A stretch of 64,000 nucleotides of DNA from Paraspadella gotoi (taxonomy: Eukaryota; Animalia; Chaetognatha), in NCBI GenBank assembly GCA_051294375.1, contig CM119263.1, positions 19,992,115-20,056,114 of the forward strand, given 5' to 3'. Numbering within the stretch: the stretch's first letter is position 1; every line of letters begins with the position of its first letter. The position numbers were made by a program, and so were the translations under genes. A model generated the notes under the pieces. The model was not told where the DNA came from. It saw nothing but the letters and a program-made list of their open reading frames with translations, and searched no databases. Shown piece by piece: positions 22,616 through 34,357 of this stretch.

Positions 22616-22954
22616 CGCTGAAGCGACTTATCGATTTATAAATACTGAAAATGCGAACACAATATAACAAACCAAATAGTAAACTGTCTGAAAATGAAGG
22701 GCGATTCAGAAAATAAAAAACAATCGTTTTGGATCAAAATCAAAATCAAAATGCTTCTTGACATTTGTTGAACATATCAAAATTTTTTACTGTTCTAGAA
22801 GAATTTGCCAACTGGATTACATGACATGTCCATAGTGGGAACGTAATTTGAATGGTGCTCAAATTTAAATACCTAATTTAGTATGAGGAAAAGTTTATTA
22901 AAAAAACTACCCATAATATGACAATCTAAAAAAAATATAAATAAATAAAGTGAC

Positions 22955-23480
22955 GTTACTATCAAAGAAAATTATTTAAAAAATCCGAAAAAAAAAACCA
23001 AATGATTGATGCGATAACGAATTATTGATGTAATAGTAATTGATTGATTGATTGATTGATGTAATAGTAATTGATTGATTGATGTAATAATAATTGATTG
23101 ATTGATGTAATAATAATTGCTTGATTGATGTAATAATAATTGATTGATTGATGTAATAGTAATTGATTATTGATGCGATGATAAGCAAATATTGATGCAA
23201 ATGATAACCGAAGGATTGATGCGATGATAAGCAAAGGATTGATGCGATGATAAGCAAAGGATTGATGTGATGATAACCAAATAATGTATGCGATGATAAT
23301 CATTCATTGATCCAATGATAATCATTCATTAACGCGATGAGTCATTTATTGATCCGATAATAATCATTGATGCGATGATAGAAAGAGAGAGAGAGAAAGA
23401 TAGAAAAAAAGAGCGATATATAATTAAAAGAGAGAAAGAAAAATAAAGAAATAGAGAAAAACTGAACAGCCGCTGTAGCA
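22955..23480. repeat. Dispersed element with internal ATTG / GATGCGATGATAA microsatellite
   Basis: Shared GTTACTATCAAAGAAAATT block (also ~28600, ~30595), ATTGATGCGATGATAA units (also 28860-29060, 30660-30800, 43645-43720) and end CAGCCGCTG..AGCTGAACTCGT. Confidence 0.7.
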
Positions 23481-24081
23481 GATTAATTTGTGGATTATCT
23501 CAAATGAGATCGAGTTCCTCAATCTGATTTGCATATTGTCGTATTCTGATTAAGCTTTTATAAATTTTTGTTTTATTGCGCTAAAGTTTTAATATGAATA
23601 TTTTACATTGATCATATTTGTTTGTGGTTCAATTAATAGCCAAATAATTAATGATTTAATTATCATAATTGTTAGTTTACAACTTTAATTATTCTTGTAC
23701 AGCTGCGGCAGAGCTGAACTCGTCTATATATATAAAAATTATTTTGTAAATAAAATAAACAAGTGTAGGAATATGAAACATAACAATTTAAAAGACCTCA
23801 ATGATGAGAAACCATATCTAAATTTTCAGCTTCCTATGGTTATACACTTGAGCTATTTTCAATGTTAAAACAGCGTGACGACGACGACTACGGTCAAAAG
23901 AAACAAACGAATTAACATCTCGCCCAAGTCGGGTATTCGCCCGTCTGGCGAGATAAAAATTATAGTTCATAGTATCCTTGAAATTAAGGAACTTTAACTT
24001 AATTAAAAATAGAACAAAAAATTCTACCCTCACTTTTAAAATTACAATCAAACTTTTGGTTCAAATTACGCACCCTCCATT

Positions 24082-27045
24082 TCAAATGGTCAGCTTTATG
24101 TTTTCGACTTCGATGAGGAATTTTACGCTGTCGAATTGTTTTCCCCTCCAAGCCCAGTGGCCGGACTTGTCTTTATGCTGAGACAACAGGCTCAGGTCGG
24201 TCGCTTGGTGGCCGCATCCGCAATGGTACGCATCACCAGGAGGTTTGGGATCCATGGGCTCGGAGCGTTTCTTTAAACTACGGTGATAAAAGTAGTAAGC
24301 AAGAGGCTTTTTCTGATTCTTGTTATGAATGTGCGGCAGGCCAGGAGCTACTTTGTTTCCACAAACAATCTCCCGATTAGTCGACGGCTCGAGGGTAAAT
24401 TTACGTTGAAAATCATGAGTTATCACCTCAGAGGGCGTAGGTGAGGCTCTGTCGATACTTTCCAACTCGGGAACGGCCTCGAGGTACAGATGTTCGTTGT
24501 CGAAATCGATTTCCTCACAGTCGTAACTCACGAGGCTCCTGTCGGAACTGAAATTCTTTGCTACGTTTGTGGAGCCTTGCTCGATCGTCTCCAAATCTGG
24601 AAGTTCTTCGACACGGTCAGGAACCAGAACTCATAATCTTATTTAAATTATTCTTATATTCTGCAATAATTTAATTTATTTCCGCAATTTTGTAATAGTC
24701 TCGTTTCTCGCTTATTAAAAATGTAGCTAATACAATATCCTATGTCCAGGGGCGTTGTACGTTTTGAAGAAGAAGTGAAATGGTCAAATACATTTTTAAT
24801 GTTCAACAGTTGAAAAAGATTTTTGTATATTTAAATTATAACATTAACAATTAGCTATTAATAAGTAATTGAAGAAAAGAAAAAGAAAATAGAAAATAAA
24901 AGAGATACATTTGTCAGGGATAGCAAAGTAATTAGTAAAGTGAAAGAAAAGAAAGCTCAAAATGATCTGGCCACTTGGCTTTTGGCAAATGAGAGGCTTG
25001 GGCGATGAGGCCGGGTCATTGACGAGTTAAGAAGACAGAGAATACAGTTTGACTGAGCATGTTAGTGCTGGATTGGGTAGGCTTCCTTGAGGGAAGATTC
25101 CCAGTGCTACTCGAATGTTTCTTTGGCCTGATACGCCTGCCGGCTTCCCTCGCCTGCTGTCGGGGTAGATGGGTGTCCATTCTTGTCGCTTTTGCGACAG
25201 GAGTGGTGGACTCCTCTCCCTCCTCCTGTAGCCGTCCTTTTGGGCGGCGCCCATTCCACAAAGAGAGGGACTGAATTGCTACAGTTGAGGGAGAGTCATC
25301 GCCTGCCTAAAGGTCTCCGCCTGTCTCGTTGAGGTAGGAGAATCTTTGTGCGGCCGTGGTGGCGGCGGGGCTCTTACTAATTACATTGCTATCCCTCACC
25401 AAATGAAACTCTTTCAATTTCTAATTTCTTCAATTAATTATTTATTAATAGCTAATTGTTAATGTTAAAATTTCAGTATACAAAAATCTTTTTCTTTTTC
25501 TCTCTCCCCAATTGATCATTTCACTTCTTCTTGCTCAATTGATCATTTATCGTTTGAATGTCAAATCGTTTCTTTTATCCTTTTATCTTTTTATCGTTTT
25601 AACTGTCAAATTGTTTCTTTTATTTCAGAAAAAAAAAAATTCATTTCTTCAAAACTAAAAATCTTAGCCTATTCTTACCACTGATCACTGTCCTTTCTAA
25701 ACTCTGTGTTGGAAACTTTGTCCCCTCTCTCTCTCTCTCCCTCCCCTTCTTTTGTAAAAAAATTGTAATTCAGAAAATAATATGGCGCTGTTGAAGGCTC
25801 GAATTTGAGCCGAAACATGTTCGTCCATTATCAAATTAATAAGCCGATATATTTTTGTGGGCGAGGACATAAAAAAATGCGAGCAATTCGATCCCTTTTT
25901 TTTATAATTTATGTCGATATTAAGTTTTAGTTCCGAACCCTCTATGTCAACATCTTCCTCAGCGGATGAATGGATAGGATAGTTCTCGCTAACATTGGAC
26001 GACGACCCAGAGAGGTTGTCAATAAATTCGAGGTCACTAGGATCGTAAATTTCATCCTCCGCCAAATCGGCCTGAACGATGGGAACTTGATCACCCCATC
26101 CAACAGGGAGTCCGATTGGAGCGGGATTCTTTGCAGCTCTTTCGCGCTCCTCGCGCTCCCGGCGTTCCTCTTCATACCGTTCCCGAGACCAACCCTGAGG
26201 CTTCCGGGTGTCAGGTGGCTCAGGGCCTCTGGCGCGGCGAAATAGCCTCATTTTATTTGCCGGGAACTTTGCGACCTCATCCCCGCGGATGCGAACCTGA
26301 AAATTTATGATTTCATTTTTTTTTCAAAAGTAAAGTTTCTTCTCAGACTTCTTCCTAAGGTTTAATAAAAAATAGAAACAAAATATTTTTTTTGGGTTCA
26401 GTTAAGCGTTCTTAAAAAGATATTTTACTTTTCTTTCATGTATGGCGATTTTGTGGGGCCGCCGTTTGTTATAGTATAAAAATCATGGTGGATTCATACC
26501 TTAACTGATTTGCCGCCATTGGAAGTCGTGCAGTTATGCAACCACTGGGGAAGTAACGACGTGTCGTGATTGACTCGTACCCGAATGACTTTGCAAAGCT
26601 TTTTGCATTCCAGTGAGCGAAAGACGGAAAGACGACGGTTGTTGAGGGTCCACCAATGGCCATTGTGGGGGACAACGTCGATCATAGGGATGTCGCGTTT
26701 CTTGATTTTGCGAGAAGCCAATTCGTTGAAAGTATCTTCGAGCGAGCGGCCGTCGGTGAAATAGCTCTTGATGTCATCTTGGGTGAATCTGATGTGAGAC
26801 GGCGGCAGGAAGATGGTCTCTACTCTCCCTTGACCTTGCTGAGAATAGGAACCACGACGATGAAAGCCATTGGCGAGACCAGGACCATTGCGAAGGCGGT
26901 TAGGGGAAAGATAGGCGCGTCCGCGCCCACCACCCAAGCCCGCGTTGGCTGCGACACCAAGGCGTTTCTTTACGCCACCAGATGGACGTTTAAAATTATC
27001 GATGCCTGTTACTTCGTTGTCCTCCGTTTCCGCCGTTTTAGTCAT
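24082..27045 (-). CDS. Uncharacterised protein: Gly/Arg-rich N-terminus, ParB/sulfiredoxin-like domain, acidic region, possible C-terminal C2H2-like finger
   Basis: Exon 1 27045-26500 (LPPSHIRFTQDDI..FTDGRSLEDT..DIPMIDVV..GHWWTLNNRRLSVFR..TTSNGGKSVK) splices AAG|GTATGA to TTTCAG|GTT at 26296, in frame with ORF 25697-26251 (VRIRG...). The join to ORF 24082-24594 (CGCGHQATDLSLLSQHKDKSGH) is inferred and less certain. Confidence 0.65.
24767..25532. mobile_element. Degenerate foldback element related to 44195-45416
   Basis: About 120-bp imperfect inverted ends; interior shares AGCTCAAAATGA.CTGGCC and the CAGGCCAAAGA..CGAGT.GCACT block with the 44.7-kb spacer. Confidence 0.65.
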
Positions 27046-27336
27046 CTTGTCGATATACTTTAATAACTTAATCAGTCATTGATAGTTAAACAAATCTAAA
27101 ATCTTATTAAAACAAATATTATAACACAATTTCTGGGAACGAAGAAAAAAAGAAGACTTTTCGCAATGCCATAAATTTAAAATGACACGTTTATGTCCAA
27201 CAATACCAGTATGCTGAAAAAAATAATAATAATAATAATTTATCTGCTGCATTTTTCTTAAATAACGTATATAAATTAACATTGATCGACGAGAAAGTTA
27301 GGAGAAATTAAGAAAAAAATATGATGCTAGTATTTA

Positions 27337-27513
27337 GAGGAAACAGTGTTTTTGAATTTGTTACAACGATTTATTTTTAATAAAGGGACATGTTTCGACT
27401 CTTTGGGTTCGAGTCTTCATCAGCATTTGAAATTCACAAACTTTTCAGTTGTTTTCATTGACTTTGGAGAGAAAGAAGGAGAGAGAGATTGAGAGAGAGA
27501 GAGATATTATCAC
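27337..27513 (-). mobile_element. Short Penelope-like insertion carrying a hammerhead motif (27387-27423), 16-bp TSD
   Basis: Direct repeat ATGATGCTAGTATTTA at 27321-27336 and 27514-27529. Minus strand CTGATGA-A-GACTC..GAGTC-GAAACATGTC followed by AATAAA. Confidence 0.7.
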
Positions 27514-27549
27514 ATGATGCTAGTATTTAAAATGAGTACAAATATGGTT

Positions 27550-27776
27550 GACTAAAATCCACCAACCGTTCAACAGCGGCCATTGGTGCAGGAAGCTAGT
27601 CATTCACCTTCCAACCAAAAGGTCCGGGGTTCTAGCACGGTGGTCGCCTCGCAGTTAAGAGGGACGGGGAGCTTAACCCGCCTGTAACACGGTGTTACAG
27701 CCTGATCCGAAGCTCAGGGACTGCTTATATTGAACGGTTCTGTCACTAACATATAACAATAATTACTGTCTATTCA
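27550..27776 (+). mobile_element. tRNA-Gly-headed SINE-like repeat (copy 2)
   Basis: 72-nt head 27576-27647: acceptor-like GCGGCCA/TGGTCGC, A-box-like TGGTGCAGG, loop CTTCCAA, B-box-like GGTTCTAGC; conserved 3' body. Confidence 0.7.
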
Positions 27777-29099
27777 ATAGTAATATTTTTAATATATATT
27801 TTTAATCTCTACCCGAATCCGTTTTTAAAAATTCCGATTAAAAAAAAAAAATTCATGATTTATAGTAATACGATAAACTTTAAATGCTTCTATGTTATTA
27901 ACTATATATAAAATCTTAAATTTTTTTTAATTTCGTCATCCCACAGGGATGCTCTAACGTTATTTATATTACAGAACTCTTAGTTTTTACTTTGTTCCGC
28001 CCTAATGGGTAGTACCTTAATAAAATAAAGCATATAGATATACAGACAATAATAATAATCAAACAATAATACTACTAACAATCAATAAAAATAACAGAAC
28101 AAGTGATCGCAGAAGAAACACGGAGTAATTATATAAAAGCACAGAAGCTGTCCAAACGTCTATTTAGACTGAAGAGTCTGATCCAAATGTCGAATCCCGA
28201 ATGATCACAAGAAATGGACAGTGAGCCAAAAGTAATATCTCTCTTAACCGCGAGACAAAAAGAGCATCTGGGTTACGGTCGCCTGGACTTGAGAGATTGA
28301 CGATGATGATAATAATTTCAGAAGAGAAGATGTTAAGAATGATTATGAAGAAAATTTGTTTTTATAGACGCTCATTAAGTTTACTTTCAGGCAACTGATA
28401 AACGCAACAAATTTAGTATCCTATGATTCAGCATATGATGTTAAATGCATACTTGCATAGAGTACATTTTACTGCTAAAACTATTTTTCAGCTGACTGTT
28501 GCTGATAAGCATTGCTAATGTAATTGCTTCTGTCAAAGCAACTGTATGTCTGTAACAATCTTTAAATAAAAATCTTAAAAGTATAGTGATCTCGCCAGAC
28601 GTTACTATCAAAGAAAATTAATTTAAAAATCTGAAAACAAAAAAAATGAATGATAACAAATGTTGCATGTTGAATAAACGAGACTGTATGAGTCCTGATT
28701 GAAAGCTTGCAGGGACCTGCTATGTCATTATCTTGTAAGAGTGATGGAGACTTTAAACCACCAAAACTTGTCCAAAGTCAGGGGCAAGATAGCTTATTTA
28801 TTAAATGAATGGATAATTTTTATATTGGTTGTACCAATTTTATAAATATATAATAAGTAATAATAATTGATTGATGTAATAGTAATTGATTGATATAATA
28901 ATAATTGATTATTGACGCAATGATAATTAATGATGCGATGATAATCAAATGATTGATGCGATGATAACCAAATGATTGATGCTATGATAGTCATTTATTA
29001 ATGTGATGATAATCATTCATTAATGAAATGATAGTTATTTATTGACGCAATGAATCGTCATTCATTGTGAATAAAACAAATGGGTGTATGAGTGAAAGA

Positions 29100-32000
29100 G
29101 AAAAAAAGAAAAAAAATTGATGTCGATGACGACGGCACAAGCAATAACCATCATTACGTCAAGCCCGTCTGACCTAAAATTGTAAAAATCTTAATTTACT
29201 GTATTTTAATCATTTTCTTACATCTTGTAAAAGGTTTTCTATTAAAAAATAATCAATTTTTTTAAAAATATACAAATTTTATGAGAAACCGCCTTATCGT
29301 TTGGGCTGCAACTCTTCAAATAGGTTTATTTTATTTTATATAGTACAAAAAACAACGAAAAAACGATGACGCCTTTGAAAAAATAATAAAGTGAATACAT
29401 TTTCGGAATCGTCAGTTCTCCTTTCGAAATCCGAGCTCGGTTTTAGCCTAATTAAAATTTGAATTGAGTGATCCCGGACCTTAAATCCAGAAGGACGATT
29501 GTAAAGTTGAGTCAGGAAAAGCCTGTGACCATCACGGTAACATGGTGACATATTAGTAGCTGAAAAAAAATATTTAGGTATTTAAAAAGATTTGAATATT
29601 TTAAAATTTTAGCTTTGATAAAACGTGATATAATAGTATAATAGTAGTAAAAATAAAAATACCATATAAAACTGTAAGAACTTCTGGACCCGACGAGTAT
29701 CGTAAATGCATTTTTAGTCGGATCTGCTTATAAGCAGATCCCAACTCTATAATTAACTTTGTCGGTCCGTCGGTCCGCCCCCTCAATCTTATCAGGCATT
29801 AACTTATTTCACGTCAGAACATCGAATTATGATAAATTATGCAAAAAAAAAAAAAAAAAAAAAAAAACGATGTCCGTCCCACCTTAACAAAAAACACCAA
29901 TTACTCGTGATTGGATGGATGGATTGGAATGAAATTTTGTATGTGGTTTGGGAAATGTGTGATTGAATTGGATATGAAGTTGGAAATAAAGTTTCGATGG
30001 AATCGTTTAAGTGGAAATGAGTTTAAATGGAAACAACAAAAAACCTGTTTCACTAAATGATTATGCTACTTTTTCTTTTATATTAAATGTAAATGCAAGA
30101 TGTATAAATTAATCAAATATTTAATCAATGAATTTACCAATTAGTCAATTAATTAATCAATTGTTAATTAATCAATCAATAAATCAAAACAAACATTTTG
30201 GATCAAGTTTATTATTTAATTGACTAAGTAATTAACTTGACTTAATTAATAATTAATTAATTATTAATTTAATTACCGATAATGATCTTGGGCAGATCCG
30301 ACATTGATAACGAAAACTACTTCAAAACTACGCTAGTACTTACGGCGCAACTAAAAATTTTCATCCCAACTGCACAACTTTTGATGAGGACAAAAAAAAA
30401 CAACTAAAAGTCCAAGATTTTGGAGATGGATACAATAGAGTATCTTGAATTCTGAGATCCACCTCTTGATCTTATTGGGTAAGAAGTTGGTCCTGCAAAT
30501 TCGGCGAGCTGAATTCCGGAAGACGAAGAACTAGTTCGAGGGAGTGACTAAATAAAATATGAAAAAAAAATCTTAAAAACGATCTCGCCAGGCGTTACTA
30601 TAAAAGATAAAGAAAAAATCCGGTAAAAAAAGAATGATTGAAACGATAACGATTAACGAATTATTGATATGATAGTAATTGATTATTGATGCAATCATAA
30701 TGAATTATTGTCAATATATTGTCAATGACATTGATGCGATGATAACCAATTATTGATATGATGATAACCAATAATTGATGTAATAACGACAAATTATTGA
30801 TGTATAATTATATAAAGAATTAATTAATTATCTATTATCTCGAGAATGAATCATCTGACAATAATGAAAATAGGTTCTTTTGAAAGGTTTTGAAAAATTC
30901 ATCAGGATGAATACCTAATTTTACTCCCTTGCCTTAAATACAAATTTTAATTTTTTTTAAAAAAATTTAATTTTTTTTAAATTAGTTTTTTTTTCAAAAA
31001 TGTGCTTTAGAAAAAAATTAACAACCACTCTAGTCTAGGGCATGTCGGAAGGTCTCCCCTGATGGTTCCAAGTAGTTTTCCCGAATGGTTTTTTTCTGTT
31101 TATTAAATCGATCTAAGGTTCTAATTGGTTGGGGGTAGGGGTAGGGAGGGTGTTGTTGATGAACAGGAGGCCCGCGTGAGGGTAAGGGTCTAAGGGAAGG
31201 TACTGGCGAGGGATATTAGGGATTAGGGTTGAGGCACAGAGATGTACGGGGGGCCTGGTCCCGGTTTAGGGTTAGGGTTGGGACAGAGGCACGTGGGTGA
31301 TGTATCGAAGGCGGTTAGGGTTAGGGTTGAGGCACGGAGATGTACGGGAGCCCGGGCCTGGGTTAGGGGAGAGGCACAGAGTTGAATGGGAGGCCCAGTT
31401 TAGGGTTAGTGTTGGGGAGGGGCCCCACTATATGAGCTTAGTAGGGTGGATGACGGAAAATATCACAGGGCCTCGCTATCGAGCCAGAACGACTACACTA
31501 TATGAGCTTAGTAGGGTGGATGACGGAAAATATCACAGGGCCTCGCTATCGAGCCAGAACGACTATGGTTGACGCATCAAAGGCGGTTATGGTTGAGGCA
31601 CGGAGATGTACGGGAGGCCCGGGCTCAGGTTAGGGGAGAGGCACAGAGTTGAACAGGAGGCCCGGTTCAGGGTTAGGGTTGGGGGAAGGGCCCCGTGGTT
31701 GATGTGTCGAAGGCAGTTAGGGTTTAACGGGAGGCCCGGGTTAGTGTTGGGGGAGAGGCATGGAGTTGAATGGGAGGCCTGGTTTAGGGTTAGGGTTGTG
31801 GGAGGGGCCCGTGGTTGATGTCAAAGGCACAGTTTGGGTTAAGGTTGAACGGGAGGTTAGGGTTGGGAGAGGAGCCTGTGGGTGATGCGTTCATCCCCGT
31901 GTCTCAACATTAGCCGCGAGCCTCTTCTCTAACTCGCGCCTTTCATTATATTCGCTATTTTTATCACTGGCGAGGTCGCCAGTGGGGGTACTGGCGACAT

Positions 32001-32784
32001 TGCAAGGGCCCTAGCGATATCGCCAACCAACTAGAACCACACCTGCCACTCGTGCGTAAATCGCCGGCGACATCGCTATTTGAATGAACTACAACTTAGG
32101 TTCATATGTGCGAGGGTAAACCGTCTCTGAGCTAAGGCTCAATCTTTCAGAAGGGGATTTTCTAAGTTTTTAACAACTACCCTATAAATTTGAAATGCCA
32201 GCGTCGACGAAGATGACGATGCTGTTTATTAGGACCATCGTCCGTTAACCGTCGCAATCGCAAGCGATTGCTTGGATAAAAAAATATTCTCATAAAGTGA
32301 TAAATGATTGGTTTTGAAAAATTGTCATAAAATTTGGGAAGGCCAGATTTTGCTTTATATCCTTTTTATTTGACCCTCACACCTGTATTTTTAATCGAAT
32401 TTTACCGAACAATATTCATTCGAATAACTAAAAGCCATATTTTATATTAAACTGGTTGATATAACACATTTATAATTTACTACATATATTATTATAATTA
32501 TATTAAGTCGCATTTTAAGAAATATAAACATTCTAAGTTAAGATTTTCTGCGTCTTTTGAAATTTCCATATAACAAGAAATCGAGGGATTACAAGAATTA
32601 TTTTTAGTCAAACCTCAAAAGGTGGACCATTGCTGTTGGTAGGACTGACGGCAGTTCTCGGGCTGCGCGGAGGAAAATCGTAGTTAAACTGCTTCCGAGG
32701 AATATCATAGGCGTCGACAGAACTTCCTCTCACAAACGGAGAACCAGGAGGAAAGAAGAATTCAGACGACACCGAACCACGATC
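29100..32784 (-). CDS. Tentative multi-exon gene of unknown function
   Basis: Clean AG..GT-bounded 57-codon open exon ~32784-32614 (..AYDIPRKQFNYDFPPRSP..). Further candidate exons at ~30547-30435, ~29560-29480 and ~29172-29100 (SDGLDVMMVIACAVVIDINFF). A full model was not solved. Confidence 0.35.
29711..30310 (+). mobile_element. HINE/DINE-1-like element, family B
   Basis: TTTTTAGTCGGATCTGC-TTATAA-GCAGATCC hairpin, GTCC repeats and 3' subTIR GCAGATCCGAC; second copy at 57974-58770. Confidence 0.7.
31125..31890 (+). repeat. G-rich minisatellite containing TTAGGG motifs, interrupted by a 2x70-bp tandem
   Basis: Recurrent GGTTAGGGTT, GAGGCAC.GAGATGTACGGGAG and GTTGAA..GGAGGCCC; perfect duplication 31426-31495 / 31496-31565. 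Confidence 0.8.
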
Positions 32785-33757
32785 CTGTCCAAATGTAAAC
32801 GTTGCTCAAATTATTTCCTTTTTCCAAGCATGCCCAAGCATGCCGTTTCCCGTTGTGAAAACCGAATTATTTTCTCGTATCCTACAAATGTCCATTTAAT
32901 TTACTGATTAGTAATTACTTGGGTGAACCTTAAGATTTATTTTATCCGCTATCCGTATTCCACAACTATCAAGACAATACCCCTCGTTTCCCAGCCAAGA
33001 ATCAAGTCTAGGTTAAAAGTTGATGTTTCTCTTTTACAAGGCACAACTTGCTAAACATCGAATGAGCCTAATACTTACTTTTAAAAAAGTTTGAGCAAAC
33101 AATGTGGATCTGCCTACGATAATTTAGCGGTAAGCAGCGAACCAGAGTCTTTTAATTTGTGATCATCTCATATTACAACAGATCATAAAATAAAATAAAA
33201 AATTTTTAGTAAAAATATTTTAACATAAATTCATGAAAAAAAAGTCAATACAAGATCGTTTTTTCTCTTTTTCCTGATTGTTGATTCCCAATTATTAATG
33301 CGATGCTATCGATACAATGATAACGATTTATTGATGTGATAATAGAAGATACGATAATAATCATTCTATCATTGAGATGATGATAATCGATCTTAATCAA
33401 TGATTCAATGAAGTTGGATAAATGTGACAAAAAAATTCATGAAAAAATAAATAGAGAGAAACATAACTAATCATAACCAATTAAATAAGGAAAGATTTCC
33501 CAATAAATCAATTAAAAAATTTATCAATCATTTAACCAAATTAACAATCAATCAATCAAAGAGAGATACTTTTAAAAATTCAAATAAATGTGTCTTTTGG
33601 TTTTCTAATTTACACTTTTTGCCATTCCTACGATTCTATAAAAAAATTATATGCAGCTTAATCACATATCTCGCAAAATTTTTAATAAATATAATAATTT
33701 TGATTAAATATAAGTAAAAAACTTCCAAGTAAATGTGACTTTTGTTTTTGTCCATTT

Positions 33758-34357
33758 CAACGCAGGGGGAAGTCGTGAGGACTGTGGATGGAACACTACG
33801 CCTGGGATGGTGTGTTCCCCCTCTGAGCCAATGGATTTGGCTGACGGATGGTGGACGTGAGGCAGTGTGAATATACCGCCACAGGATCCCCGGGTCAAGA
33901 CGTCACTCAGGTTCCTCAAGCCTGAGAGGTGTCTGACAAGACTGCTACCATAGTGGGAGAGAGAGAGAGAGCGCGAGTTGTGGGGGCATAGGCGTTTGTC
34001 ATAGCGTACCCCAGGGGCATTGGGTACGCTACGACAAATGCCTAAGTCAGCAGGGCATAAGCGTTTGTCGTAGCGTACCCTGAGAAGGTTGCGTGTTCGA
34101 TAGTAGGGCTCACCACTTATGGCAACAGCCGGGTTGCCTGTGATGCCCATTGGGATGGGGCATCTCACTGTTGGCTTTGGGGGCTTCCGACCCTCAGTGA
34201 CGCCTCCAGTCACTGGCGCGGTTACCCTAGGACGGTCTCGCTTTGCCAACGCAGGGGAAGTCGTTAGGACTGTGGATGGAACACTACGCCTGGGATGGTG
34301 TGTTCCCCCTCTGGCTGACGGATGGTGGACGTGAGGCAGTGTGAATATACCGCCACA
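33758..34357 (-). mobile_element. TRIM-like element, second copy (3' LTR truncated)
   Basis: 5' LTR 34357-34118 (14-bp deletion), PBS 34115-34083, internal domain, partial LTR 33883-33758. Confidence 0.85.

Noticed and set aside
27576-27647. Functional tRNA-Gly gene
   Set aside because: The D and T arms are degenerate, the anticodon differs between copies (TCC vs CCC), and it is embedded in a longer dispersed repeat.
31125-31890. True telomere or CRISPR-like array
   Set aside because: It is interstitial with degenerate units and has no constant repeat/unique spacer pattern or cas genes.
33704-34334. Repeated small ORFs [12 protein letters not shown] / [10 protein letters not shown] (also 6608-6848 and 38940-39667)
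   Set aside because: They are chance frames in the GC-rich LTR, broken by indels between copies, with no gag or pol motifs.
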